54,986 bases of DNA, taken from positions 1 to 54,986 of the forward strand of contig CAZYCQ010000014.1 in assembly GCA_964645535.1 (NCBI GenBank). The letters run 5' to 3'. Of this stretch, positions 9,272-19,098 are shown one piece after another; within the stretch, counting starts at the first letter, position 1; the number at the start of each line of letters is the position of its first letter. Made by a program: the position numbers and the translations under genes. The notes under the pieces were generated by a model, which made no database searches, had not been told where the DNA came from, and saw nothing but the letters and a program-made list of their open reading frames with translations. The stretch is from an uncultured archaeon (GTDB lineage: Archaea; Asgardarchaeota; Heimdallarchaeia; Heimdallarchaeales; Kariarchaeaceae).

Positions 9272-10438
9272 TCAATCGAATAGCAGAGATTCCACAAAGG
9301 TTTCCAATGAAAGCCGGATATTTTCATATCCAGAACCTCGTTCTTCAAATTCAATGTGCACACTTGGGATTCCTTGTTCCTGCAATGCCTGTTGTTGCAA
9401 CACCAAGTCATCCAAAGCAGGTTCACAGAATTTGGCAGTCAGAAAGATAACTCCATCGGCATTGGCGTTTTTGACGCGTTCTAGAATTACAGCTCCTTTT
9501 TCACCTTCGTGAAATCTGGTAGCAGTTTTTGCACCTGCCTTTAGGTAATGGGCAGCTAAGGCTTCAAGAGGGTTCTCATCAACATTGACAGGGGTCTGAT
9601 AGAATCTTCGGCCAATCATAAAATCATCATCAATAACATAGCACCCAACCTGTTCAATCAGCCGAATAATGTCAATTGGGGGCTGTTCACAGAAATTGCC
9701 GGTAACCACCACTCGGATTGCGTCTTTTTTAGTTCGAGAACTCTTTTCGTATTTAGTCAACTTTTCTAGAAGCAGGGCATTGTGCTGAACAACATCCAAG
9801 TTTGATCCAATTCTCATAGTCAGATAAAGATCATCGAGGGGAACCTTCCAAGGCTCAGTTGACCGGAGTTCGTATAACCTGCGGTAGAGCTCCCGATTTT
9901 CATTGTAGAGTGTAATTGCATTCTTCAGTCGTTCCATATCAAGATCTTCCTCTGGGAAAAGAGTCTTTACCATTCTTTGGAATTCATTTGTCAGGTAAGG
10001 AATCGAGTGTTGTGATTGGACGTTTTGAGCCAGATGGAGCATGTAAACTGGTTTCGAAATTCTTCGGCTGAAAATTCCAGAAAGATTGCGTGCCACATCA
10101 CAGATAAAGGGGAATACAAAACCGTCAAATGCATTATTGAATGGTTCATGTGATAGAAGAAGTTCTGTAGTTGATTTGGATATACTACAAATGAACGACC
10201 CGAGAATGGCATCTGCGTGGCTGATCGAAATCTCCTCCCCTCCCCCATAGATATTTACCGGAAGATGCCCAAATGCATAAATCAATTCGTGAGGAACATA
10301 AACTGGAAAGGTAGCAATGGCCTTTTTTCCAGGATGGGCTTTCTTCCACTTGTGAACCTCCTCAAAATCTATATCATAGGTAATTTCTTGCAGATTTGTT
10401 AGGAGAGGAACAATATCTGGAGATGCAGAAGTGGTCAT
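9272..10438 (-). CDS. bcrC: Benzoyl-CoA reductase subunit C (BcrC/BadD)
   Basis: SFICSI, FPFICDVARNLSG, GNFCEQPP, KFCEPAL, ETFVES. Confidence 0.85.
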   Translation of the reverse strand: MTTSASPDIVPLLTNLQEITYDIDFEEVHKWKKAHPGKKAIATFPVYVPHELIYAFGHLPVNIYGGGEEISISHADAILGSFICSISKSTTELLLSHEPFNNAFDGFVFPFICDVARNLSGIFSRRISKPVYMLHLAQNVQSQHSIPYLTNEFQRMVKTLFPEEDLDMERLKNAITLYNENRELYRRLYELRSTEPWKVPLDDLYLTMRIGSNLDVVQHNALLLEKLTKYEKSSRTKKDAIRVVVTGNFCEQPPIDIIRLIEQVGCYVIDDDFMIGRRFYQTPVNVDENPLEALAAHYLKAGAKTATRFHEGEKGAVILERVKNANADGVIFLTAKFCEPALDDLVLQQQALQEQGIPSVHIEFEERGSGYENIRLSLETFVESLLFD

Positions 10439-10497
10439 AGATAACTGATGATTACATATGCTTATTATAGTTTTTGGGGAGGAATGAATTTTTTTGG

Positions 10498-11532
10498 CTA
10501 ATGATCACCTATAGTTACCACAGTTCTGATGCCTCTACCGCCCCTCAGTTCATGGAATGCTTCATTGATTTTCTCGAGAGGATAACGAGAGGTTACAAGA
10601 GGCTCTAATTTCACCTTTCCTTCCTTTACCAAATGGATGACTCTTGAAAAGTCTCTGGGAGGACATCCTAAACTTCCAAGCACTTCCAGCTCACGAAACA
10701 TGACCTTTCCTGAATTGAAGCCATCCCATTTTTTGGGAGAATACCCCACTAAAACCAATTTACCACCTGCTGAAAGAAGGTCATACCCCATTTGCTGGGT
10801 TTTAGGATTGCCTACAACCTCAAATACAACATCCACTCGTGAAAAAGACGATTTCAGAACTGTCTTGGGATCATCGTTTTGTGGATTAATGGTAACATGA
10901 GCACCAAGTTTCTGTGCCAATTCCAATTTGTCATCTTGAAGATCAATGGCAACCACTGTTGCACCCGCAACGCTCAGCATTTGGACAACGTTGATTCCAA
11001 CACCTCCACAACCGATGACCACTGCAATGTCACCGGGGGTTACTTGGGCTCGATTGAAAACGGCATGGTATGGGGTAGCGATTGCATCAGCAATAATCGC
11101 GGATTCAATCAGAGGCAGACGTAAAGGAAGTTTAACAATATCCCTTGCAGGAACAGCCACATATTCTGCAAAAGCACCATCAATATGATTCCCCAACATT
11201 TGCTGGTTTTGGCACAGGGTTTCTCGACCATTTCTGCAAGCAAAACAGGAACCACAAGTCAAAACGGGGGGGATAAGAACCCTATCCCCTTCTGTGAAAC
11301 CAGAGACATTTTCACCGACCTCCACAACATATCCGCTAGGTTCGTGCCCTAAAATAATTGGTGGTTTTTTGAATGTAGGAACTCCTTCAAGATATCCTTC
11401 ATCAGTATGACACACACCGCATGCCATGATTTTGACAAGGATGTCTTGAGAAGAAGGTTGGGGAATGTCAATGTCGCGGATTTCCAATGTTGGAACCCCA
11501 GTATAGACTGCTGCCTTCATTTGTGATGTCAT
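10498..11532 (-). CDS. had: Zn-dependent alcohol dehydrogenase, probable 6-hydroxycyclohex-1-ene-1-carbonyl-CoA dehydrogenase
   Basis: CGVCHTD, GHE, structural Zn CGSCFAC...C, IADAIATPY, GCGGVG, GSLGCPP; first gene of the bcr cluster. Confidence 0.78.
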   Translation of the reverse strand: MTSQMKAAVYTGVPTLEIRDIDIPQPSSQDILVKIMACGVCHTDEGYLEGVPTFKKPPIILGHEPSGYVVEVGENVSGFTEGDRVLIPPVLTCGSCFACRNGRETLCQNQQMLGNHIDGAFAEYVAVPARDIVKLPLRLPLIESAIIADAIATPYHAVFNRAQVTPGDIAVVIGCGGVGINVVQMLSVAGATVVAIDLQDDKLELAQKLGAHVTINPQNDDPKTVLKSSFSRVDVVFEVVGNPKTQQMGYDLLSAGGKLVLVGYSPKKWDGFNSGKVMFRELEVLGSLGCPPRDFSRVIHLVKEGKVKLEPLVTSRYPLEKINEAFHELRGGRGIRTVVTIGDH

Positions 11533-11677
11533 GGAACCCCTTAGATACAATACTATTTATACCATTCTTGGGAAGAAATCCAAGTTTGTCAAGTTTGTCC
11601 CTATTGGAAGGAAAAGAAACATGCATCCATAGTCTCATGACAGGGAGTTTATTTAGGCAACTGAACGGAGAGGCATA

Positions 11678-12580
11678 TTGAAACCGGAAGATTATCGAGG
11701 GTTCAGGAAGTTTCATAGCGTCCCTTGCAAAGATGGGATAAGAGTTAGAGTAATTGAATTTTCACCAGCAAAGGCAACAGCAAAACCAGTTCTTTTCATT
11801 CCGGGATGGGTAACAAGACTGGAAGTGATGTATGATGTCATCAAGGTTCTTCTTGAATATGGATTTCCAGTCTATTACTTCGAGAGCAGAGACAAAAAAT
11901 CCTCTGAGATACCCGAGGAATTACTAAAACCAGAAACGTTTACGATTGCGGAACAGGCTGAAGACCTTAGGAAAACTATTGAATATCTTGCATTTCAGGA
12001 CAGAGATTATTATTTGTTCAGTAGTTCATATGGCTGTCTTCTGGCCACACATCTGCTGAACCTGAATGGAGTTCCGTTTCCCAAAAAGGCTGTTTTGGTG
12101 GTGCCAACCCTTGAGATCAAATTTTCGTGGTGGCAAAAGCTTCTCATTAGAATGCCAAGGGTTTTAGAAAAACCTGCAATTTCAATCGTTGAATTGTATA
12201 TGAGAAAAAGGTTTGCCAATCCAAAAGAACCGGAGGAGCATTATAAATTCAAAGCACAACTTTATGAGTTTGATTTGAGGAAGGTTCAGCTTACAGCAAT
12301 CGCATTGGATCGACATGGTGCCCAAATCAAGAAATTCAGGGGATTGGAAGGAAAAACCTTAGTCATTGCAGCCAGTCTTGACCTACTCCACCCAATAGAA
12401 AATGTCGAACAGCTTGCTGACGGGATGGGGGCAATATTCCTAGACCTTCTTTCCAATAAATTCACACATGGTGAATTAGGAGGGAGGATAATAGCCCATT
12501 TTTTCAAGGAAGAAAAATTTGATCCCACTCCGATTCTGCAAAGTGATGCCAAGTATCAAGATTTTTTGTCCAAAGAATAG
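11678..12580 (+). CDS. Alpha/beta hydrolase fold protein
   Basis: VLFIPGW oxyanion region, SSSYG elbow, D in SLDLLH, H in KFTH. Confidence 0.7.
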   Translation: MKPEDYRGFRKFHSVPCKDGIRVRVIEFSPAKATAKPVLFIPGWVTRLEVMYDVIKVLLEYGFPVYYFESRDKKSSEIPEELLKPETFTIAEQAEDLRKTIEYLAFQDRDYYLFSSSYGCLLATHLLNLNGVPFPKKAVLVVPTLEIKFSWWQKLLIRMPRVLEKPAISIVELYMRKRFANPKEPEEHYKFKAQLYEFDLRKVQLTAIALDRHGAQIKKFRGLEGKTLVIAASLDLLHPIENVEQLADGMGAIFLDLLSNKFTHGELGGRIIAHFFKEEKFDPTPILQSDAKYQDFLSKE

Positions 12581-12895
12581 GTTGATTGGACTCATCGCCA
12601 TTTCAAGATGATCAAGAATTAAAAACGTTCATTAATTACAATGCAAGAAGCAGTATGCACAATCTCCATGAATTCAGAATGGGAAGAAGGCGATACAATG
12701 GAGAACAGACCAAACGAGGCACATAGATTGACTGCAATCGGCGAAAATTCCTCCCAAGAGTGCAAAATACGGAGAATCATTTTGGTGATATCAAAAATAC
12801 TATTTCTGCACCACTCACTTCGACACTTAACCAACAAAAATGTGCAAATTAGACATCCACGGACAGCAAACATGCCTTGCTGACAAATTGTGTCC

Positions 12896-14026
12896 CTATT
12901 CTTTGAGCGTCTTGAGCATCCCACCAAGACCAATCAAAAGAAAAATGCCCATAACTGACGCCATAAGCGCACCCAAATCGAGGAACAAGAGAATGACAAA
13001 AAGAATTGCAGAAAGGTTGAATCCATACACAAAAATCTTGTGGGAATTTGTAAACAGTTCCGTAGGCGATCCATAGACCTGTAACATAAGAGCGAAGATG
13101 GCATTTGCTGCTATAATGAGAAAAACCAAATGACTTGATGCAATAAAGAGGTGGTCGGGGACAGCTTTGTCCTGAGAAAGAAACCTAACGACCATATAGA
13201 CAAGAAAGGCAGCATAGCCGACAATCCCCAATAGTGAAAATGTCAAATGTGCCTTCTTTTCATCCTGAAAGCCAATTTCCTTGGCGCTCATAATCACATG
13301 CACCAATGTACCTATGACAAAGAGCGGAAGTGAAAGGTTCAATAAAATATCATTACCAAATCCCACCCCTACACCAATCACAATCCCATAACCAGCAAAG
13401 AAGTAGGTCTGGATTCCAATGCCTTCCCTACCATGAACAGCTTGGGCAAAACCAACTGAAGCAAGCACCAGAAAACCCCCTTCCAAAACTGCCGGATGTG
13501 CAGATATAAACTCCACAGGAATATCCAAATTCATCATTTGATCAAGTCCATACAAAAAGCCGAACAGAATGCCGAAAAACAGTGTGCCGACAATCATCAC
13601 AGCATGCACGAATTCGAACGAAGAGCTCCGCTTCATTTCCAATAATATCAATGAGCCGCCGTACAACACACCAATGAATCCGATCAGAGCACCCAACCCT
13701 AGCAAAAATGGTTGATCCAATAAATACCTGAGAAGAATGAACACTATGAAAATGGCTATGGCAGAACCTGCAATCCGAAAGGTTGATCTTGATTTCTCCA
13801 CAGACATGTCTGAAAATGATGAAAGACCTGCAAAGATTGCAAGTGTAAGAAAACCTAAAGTCCCCATATGCGCATGCGCCAAATGAAATCCGTGTGCAGC
13901 CAATGATCCAAAAAGATCCCAAAATTCAAAAGCATTCAACATCCCCATTATTGTTACCAATACAAAAAAATACAACGACATCTTGAAACCAAGTGTCGAG
14001 TTTGCCTGCAAGTTTTTTGTAGACAT
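12896..14026 (-). CDS. 12-TM membrane protein with His in helices 2, 6 and 10 (possible heme-copper-oxidase-subunit-I-like fold)
   Basis: 12 hydrophobic segments; HLAHAHMGTLG, SAHPAVLEGG, ASSHLVF. TATA-like CTTAAGTA about 28 nt upstream of ATG 14026. Confidence 0.65.
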   Translation of the reverse strand: MSTKNLQANSTLGFKMSLYFFVLVTIMGMLNAFEFWDLFGSLAAHGFHLAHAHMGTLGFLTLAIFAGLSSFSDMSVEKSRSTFRIAGSAIAIFIVFILLRYLLDQPFLLGLGALIGFIGVLYGGSLILLEMKRSSSFEFVHAVMIVGTLFFGILFGFLYGLDQMMNLDIPVEFISAHPAVLEGGFLVLASVGFAQAVHGREGIGIQTYFFAGYGIVIGVGVGFGNDILLNLSLPLFVIGTLVHVIMSAKEIGFQDEKKAHLTFSLLGIVGYAAFLVYMVVRFLSQDKAVPDHLFIASSHLVFLIIAANAIFALMLQVYGSPTELFTNSHKIFVYGFNLSAILFVILLFLDLGALMASVMGIFLLIGLGGMLKTLKE

Positions 14027-14322
14027 ATCAAACAAACAAGAGATCAAGTACTTAAGTTTATTGAGAGTAAAATAATTTTAAAACAAGACTAGGATAACCA
14101 AGTCACATAAATTCATGGAAAAAAACATGAAAATGAAATGAACATTGAAAACTAAATTTTAAGGAAGAAAAGGATCTCTCCAGTGTTTTTCATATGGTGC
14201 CTTCTGACTACGCATCTCCTGAATCTGATAGGGAATGTTGCGGCTAAGTTTAATGGAAAATGTTTCTTACTGCTTGGAAGCCCATTAAAAGTTTCTTCTT
14301 CAGTTAGTTTTCACCACAACCA

Positions 14323-14985
14323 TCAGACTAGATTTGTCTTGAAAAATTCAAGCGTCTTTTCCCAAGCATCTTTGGCAGCCTCCTCATGGAAGTTTCTGGA
14401 ATTGAAATTCAAGAATCCATGACCAGCTCCTTCATACACTAGGGATTTGTGGGGTTTACCCTCCCCTTCGCTTGCCTTTCTGTATTCTTCGACTGCCTCC
14501 ATTGGAATTCCCCGATCCTCACTTCCAAAGATGCTTAAGACAGGGGCAGAGAATGATTGCACCAGATTGGTAGGAGTGTTTTCAGGGGAACTACCTCGAT
14601 GTGGAAAACCATAATACGAAACAACCGCCTTGAAAACATCCCATTTTGCATTGGCAAGGTATGCATGTCTTCCACCCATACAAAATCCGATTGCACCAAT
14701 CCGATTGGAATCCACATCGTCCCGGTTTTTAAGGGTGTGAATGAGTAGATCTGCAGCCCCTAAAATTGCATCATCATTACGAGTTTGGAAGGAATAGGTT
14801 CCATTAAGGTATCCATCGGCACCAACTGCAAGAAAACCTGCTTCTGCAAGATCATCACATACTTTTTTTGAGAAATCATCCAATCCATGTGCATGCATGA
14901 ACAATACAATGGCTGGAAATGGCCCGTCACCATCTGGCTTACTTTCGTAACTATGCACTATAATGTTGTACTTGCCTTTTGGCAT
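14323..14985 (-). CDS. Dienelactone hydrolase family protein
   Basis: GFCMGG nucleophile, SYYG, GSED, GAGHGF. Confidence 0.92.
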   Translation of the reverse strand: MPKGKYNIIVHSYESKPDGDGPFPAIVLFMHAHGLDDFSKKVCDDLAEAGFLAVGADGYLNGTYSFQTRNDDAILGAADLLIHTLKNRDDVDSNRIGAIGFCMGGRHAYLANAKWDVFKAVVSYYGFPHRGSSPENTPTNLVQSFSAPVLSIFGSEDRGIPMEAVEEYRKASEGEGKPHKSLVYEGAGHGFLNFNSRNFHEEAAKDAWEKTLEFFKTNLV

Positions 14986-15034
14986 GAGGAAAGATCAATT
15001 ATCCTGAAAAAAGGTTTTCCAAACAGGATAATCT

Positions 15035-16096
15035 TCAAGGGGAGGTTTCCAAGACACGTTTTCGGAGATCGTCAAGATTGAAGAGATATGTCGTATTGCC
15101 GATGTATTTTTTGAAACCCATCCTCGTATTGATCGACAGCATCGGGGCGTTTGTTGCATCATTTCCTGTTACAATAACTTTTATCTCAGGATGTTTTTGA
15201 ACGATCCAAAGGAACATATGTGCCTTTAGGAGTTTGCCAAGCCCTCTTCCTCTAAATTCCTGTTTGACGCCAGTCAGGTTTTGAAAAGCCTTTTGGGGAA
15301 TGGAGGGATGGTAGAGGATTTCGGTCAAACCAGAAATTCTTCCGTCAGCTTCGCGGGAAATTAAAGTGTACCACTTGATTCCTCTTTCTTTGTTTCGCTT
15401 CTCTTCCAATCGGCGAGATTCAGGAGTAATTGTGATCTCTCCGTCAAAATCACCCAAAGGTTGTTGATTCATCGTCTCCTGATAAACCAGACAATATTCC
15501 TCAAGAATCTCATCAGGACAATCCTCAAAAAATTGGAGGGTAATTCCTTCTTTTTTGGCAAATTCAAGACCTTTCATGTCCCATTCACGAATCATGTCCC
15601 AGTTCACATCTTTGAGATATAACCTATTTTCTGCCCCTTCCTGGGAGAATTTGCCACCGAACCTTTCACAAAACTTCCGACCAGCATCATTCCATGAATC
15701 CCCAAATATGGTTGTGAGGATGGGGTTGTTGGCGGAAGCATCCACAACATGTTCCAAAAGACGTTTGCCAACTCCGTTTCGGCGATATTCCTTCAAAACC
15801 CTTACATTGATTGACCCAATGTGTTTATTCTTGGCATACCCAGGAGCCTCTTCCTTCATCCATCCCAAATCACCAGCACCTATGATTTGATCTCCCTTCC
15901 AAGCCAAAAAGCGAACTTGCATGAAGTGGGGATGGGGATTCTTAATTTCCTTTTTGATAAGATCACGGGGAATAGGTGGATCATCAGGTGCTCTTTCTTT
16001 CCGTATGATCTCTTGAAAGCCAATGTATTTTTCGATTACGTCTTCAGAGGCAGTCAATGGATCGAATGGTTGTACTATAATAGACGCAGTCTCCAT
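15035..16096 (-). CDS. Tandem-domain GNAT N-acetyltransferase
   Basis: Two acetyl-CoA motifs (EYRRNGVG, EFRGRGLG) and NAPMLSINTRMGF. Confidence 0.88.
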   Translation of the reverse strand: METASIIVQPFDPLTASEDVIEKYIGFQEIIRKERAPDDPPIPRDLIKKEIKNPHPHFMQVRFLAWKGDQIIGAGDLGWMKEEAPGYAKNKHIGSINVRVLKEYRRNGVGKRLLEHVVDASANNPILTTIFGDSWNDAGRKFCERFGGKFSQEGAENRLYLKDVNWDMIREWDMKGLEFAKKEGITLQFFEDCPDEILEEYCLVYQETMNQQPLGDFDGEITITPESRRLEEKRNKERGIKWYTLISREADGRISGLTEILYHPSIPQKAFQNLTGVKQEFRGRGLGKLLKAHMFLWIVQKHPEIKVIVTGNDATNAPMLSINTRMGFKKYIGNTTYLFNLDDLRKRVLETSP

Positions 16097-16281
16097 TGAA
16101 AAAAGAAATCCAACGGCAGTTTTTAAAGTAAATTTAACGGGTAGGTTGAAACAGCATCTCCAAAGTGAAATAAACCAAAGAAAACTTCTGAAAGCATCCC
16201 CAATGATGGGGATTGGCCAAGAGATAAAGATCAGATGACCCCCAATAATCTTTTATCCAAAGAAATTCAAATGTGTTAAGA

Positions 16282-17421
16282 ATGAGTGAAGGACTATTAT
16301 TGATGTTTGGTTACATTTCTGTATGGATCACTGTATTTTTGATTCCCATATTCATTATAGCGGTTATCAAATTTTTTTCCCGAAAGAGATTGGACATTCA
16401 ATATGCCCTCCTTCTTCTTTCCACCATATTTATTTTTCCGGTTTTTGTGTACGAAAGCATTCTTTTTGTTCATTTGTTTCAATTCCCTCTTCCACTTCAA
16501 TTTTCGCCATCCCTTCTAAAGCTGTGTTTCGGACTAGGACTGATTGGAATTGTCTTCTACAACCTACAATTCATGTTGATGAAGGATTTCCCCACATTCC
16601 CCATAGGATTGATTGCCATTTGGACCGGCATTGCAATTGGTGGAATGATGGTCGCCCTTCGCCTCAACCCTGCTGATCCTGTTCGTCCCATCTTTTATGA
16701 TCCTTTGACTGGCGGACTGGAATTCGTAATAGGCATGGTTGCCTTCAATTTGATCGGTTATTACATTCTGATCGCAAGTACGATTCAACAGAAAAGAAAA
16801 ATGGAATTGAGGCTTCCCCATCTTCTGACAATATTGGGGATTGCCATTTATTTCACAGCACCATTTGTCGTGGTTGTACAGAGAATTTTGCAATTGGTTC
16901 TACAACCGTTCAATCTCCTGCTCTTCCCGTATGAGCTGGGGCTGTTTCTCCATCTAATTTCACAGGTTTTATTTGATGAAAAGGCATTCTTCTCGACTGA
17001 ATTGTCATTACGTAGTATTTCAATCATTGAGGTGGAATCACAGACCGTTATTGCAGGGTATTCCCACACTAAGGAAGATTCATGGACAAAGCTCAGTTCG
17101 ATGGTAGTTATGGCCACGGACTCAATCCTTAAAGAAATAATGAGCATGACATTGCCGTCTGAAATCGGGAAGTACAGAATGACGTACGGTGATACAATTT
17201 TCTTGAAAAATGAAAAACATATCATCTTTGCATTATTTGGAGAGGCAGGAAACAAAATCGGGAAGTTTCTAACAGGAAGAATGCTCCAGAACGGCAAAAT
17301 TTCACACCTAACCAACGAAGAGGAACTAAGAACCTTAATCCTTCAGACATATTATCCCTTTTTCCAGAATCGCAACAAACCAGATTCCAGTCAATTCTTC
17401 TTTCAAAAATCATTGAAATGA
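16282..17421 (+). CDS. 7-TM membrane protein with C-terminal longin/roadblock-like domain (paralog of 39757-40884)
   Basis: About 7 hydrophobic helices, then a soluble beta-beta-alpha-beta-beta-beta-alpha pattern (LRSISII...LSSMVVMATDSILKEI...IFLKNEKHIIFALFG). Confidence 0.65.
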   Translation: MSEGLLLMFGYISVWITVFLIPIFIIAVIKFFSRKRLDIQYALLLLSTIFIFPVFVYESILFVHLFQFPLPLQFSPSLLKLCFGLGLIGIVFYNLQFMLMKDFPTFPIGLIAIWTGIAIGGMMVALRLNPADPVRPIFYDPLTGGLEFVIGMVAFNLIGYYILIASTIQQKRKMELRLPHLLTILGIAIYFTAPFVVVVQRILQLVLQPFNLLLFPYELGLFLHLISQVLFDEKAFFSTELSLRSISIIEVESQTVIAGYSHTKEDSWTKLSSMVVMATDSILKEIMSMTLPSEIGKYRMTYGDTIFLKNEKHIIFALFGEAGNKIGKFLTGRMLQNGKISHLTNEEELRTLILQTYYPFFQNRNKPDSSQFFFQKSLK

Positions 17422-17470
17422 CAGAGGTTCAACAATAGACAAAAATGCATAAGAGATTTTGGCATGTTGA

Positions 17471-17857
17471 ATGAAAGAACTTAAGGTTACCACATCTCAA
17501 CATTCTGAATTCATCGATATCACAAGTCAGATTCAGGGGATACTTCCTAAAGATCATACGGGAATTGCACTTATTTACGTTCCACACACTACATGCGGCA
17601 TTTTCATCAATGAAGGGGCAGACCCTGACGTCATGAAAGATTTAAAGAAAAAGATCGAAAGTTTGGTTCCATGGAACGAAACATATTACAAACATCTTGA
17701 AGGGAATTCCGCGGCACACATTAAGTCAATCATTGTGGGAAATTCAGTGACAGTCATTGTGGAAAACGGACAATTAATGCTGGGAACATGGGAAAGAATA
17801 TTTTTGGGGGAATTCGACGGTCCGAGACAAAGAAAGCTATGGATAAAGATAGTGTAG
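17471..17857 (+). CDS. yjbQ: YjbQ/UPF0047 family protein (secondary thiamine-phosphate synthase)
   Basis: PHTTCGIFINE, H-x-EGNSAAHIKS, LGTWERIFLGEFDGPR. Confidence 0.92.
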   Translation: MKELKVTTSQHSEFIDITSQIQGILPKDHTGIALIYVPHTTCGIFINEGADPDVMKDLKKKIESLVPWNETYYKHLEGNSAAHIKSIIVGNSVTVIVENGQLMLGTWERIFLGEFDGPRQRKLWIKIV

Positions 17858-17898
17858 TCCATGAATAAATTTAAAGAGGAAGATTGAGATGGGAATCT

Positions 17899-18987
17899 AT
17901 GTTTGGAAAAGAGCTCGAAATAATTGAATTTATACCACATGTAGAGACAAATGAAAGACTCAACCGATATATTGATTTTCAGGAGCGGATCATGAAAGCC
18001 TATTTTCCCATGGACATAATTGAGCCTAGGACAATTATGATTCAGGAGCTTCAACGTGCACCCTCAAGGACATGGAAAAACATTCGGTATATCGTTGAGG
18101 ACAAGCAGAAGATTATTGCAGAGGGACAATTGGGATTTCTTATGTTGAGCCATGACGCCAATCCTGAACGATGTCACCTATGGGTGGTTGTGGATCCGCA
18201 ATATGCAAGAAAGGGGATTGGAAAAGCCCTTCTTTCAATCTTAAGCGAAAAAGCGAAAATATATGGGAGAACCATATTCACCACAAACATATCTACTGCA
18301 ACTCCAGAAAAGGCAGGAATAAAGTTGCTCGAAAAAGTGGGTGCAAAAAAAGTTCTTGAAGAGAAAGAGAATAGGCTTTATCGGAACAACGTCAATTGGG
18401 AATTTATCAATGAAACAAAACCCAGACTCCTTGAAAAACTCAATAAATATAGGTTTGAATTCATGACATCTAAAGAACATCTTCATAGGATTGAAACAGA
18501 TGACGCCTATGCGGAAGAACGAGCCGATTTTCTCACAGAGGTGGGAAATTTAGTGCCAAGAGGGGATGCGGATGAAGAGGATGAAGTGGTCACAAAAGAG
18601 GATTTACGGAAGGATCTGGAACGGAGTAAAAACTCTCCTTGGGAAACCCAGTTCATCTTTGCTTTCGAAGGAGACAAGATGATTGGACAAACAGGGGTTT
18701 TCCATTGGAAAGAAATTGATTTCCCGTATGTTGAAACAGGCCTTACAGGGGTAAGAAAGGCCTACCAAGGACAAGGATTAGCTAAATTGCTAAAATGTAT
18801 GATTACGGAATACATCTTTGAAAAGTATCCTACAGTCCAGTTCATTGGCACCGAAAATGCAGATACCAACGCGCCGATGCTTTCAATTAACCAAAGACTT
18901 GGATTTGAGGAGGCCTATCGCTGGATAAAGTATGAAGGAAAGATCAAAGAAATAGATCTGTTTTTGAATGATCAAAAATCTACGTGA
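17899..18987 (+). CDS. Tandem-domain GNAT N-acetyltransferase
   Basis: QYARKGIG, TGVRKAYQGQGLA, NAPMLSINQRLGF; paralog of 15035-16096. TTTAAA at 17870 supports a start at 17899. Confidence 0.88.
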   Translation: MFGKELEIIEFIPHVETNERLNRYIDFQERIMKAYFPMDIIEPRTIMIQELQRAPSRTWKNIRYIVEDKQKIIAEGQLGFLMLSHDANPERCHLWVVVDPQYARKGIGKALLSILSEKAKIYGRTIFTTNISTATPEKAGIKLLEKVGAKKVLEEKENRLYRNNVNWEFINETKPRLLEKLNKYRFEFMTSKEHLHRIETDDAYAEERADFLTEVGNLVPRGDADEEDEVVTKEDLRKDLERSKNSPWETQFIFAFEGDKMIGQTGVFHWKEIDFPYVETGLTGVRKAYQGQGLAKLLKCMITEYIFEKYPTVQFIGTENADTNAPMLSINQRLGFEEAYRWIKYEGKIKEIDLFLNDQKST

Positions 18988-19098
18988 AATGTGGTCAAGA
19001 ACAGAAAAATCCAAAACTCAGAAACGGGGGTGAGGTCAATACGTTTTTAATTTGAATGAGGAAAATACAATAGCAAGGGAATTTCCCGTGATGAAACA

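Noticed and set aside
12581-12895. Short ORFs 12641-12883 (+) and 12619-12933 (-)
   Set aside because: No recognisable motif and atypical composition; cannot be supported as genes.
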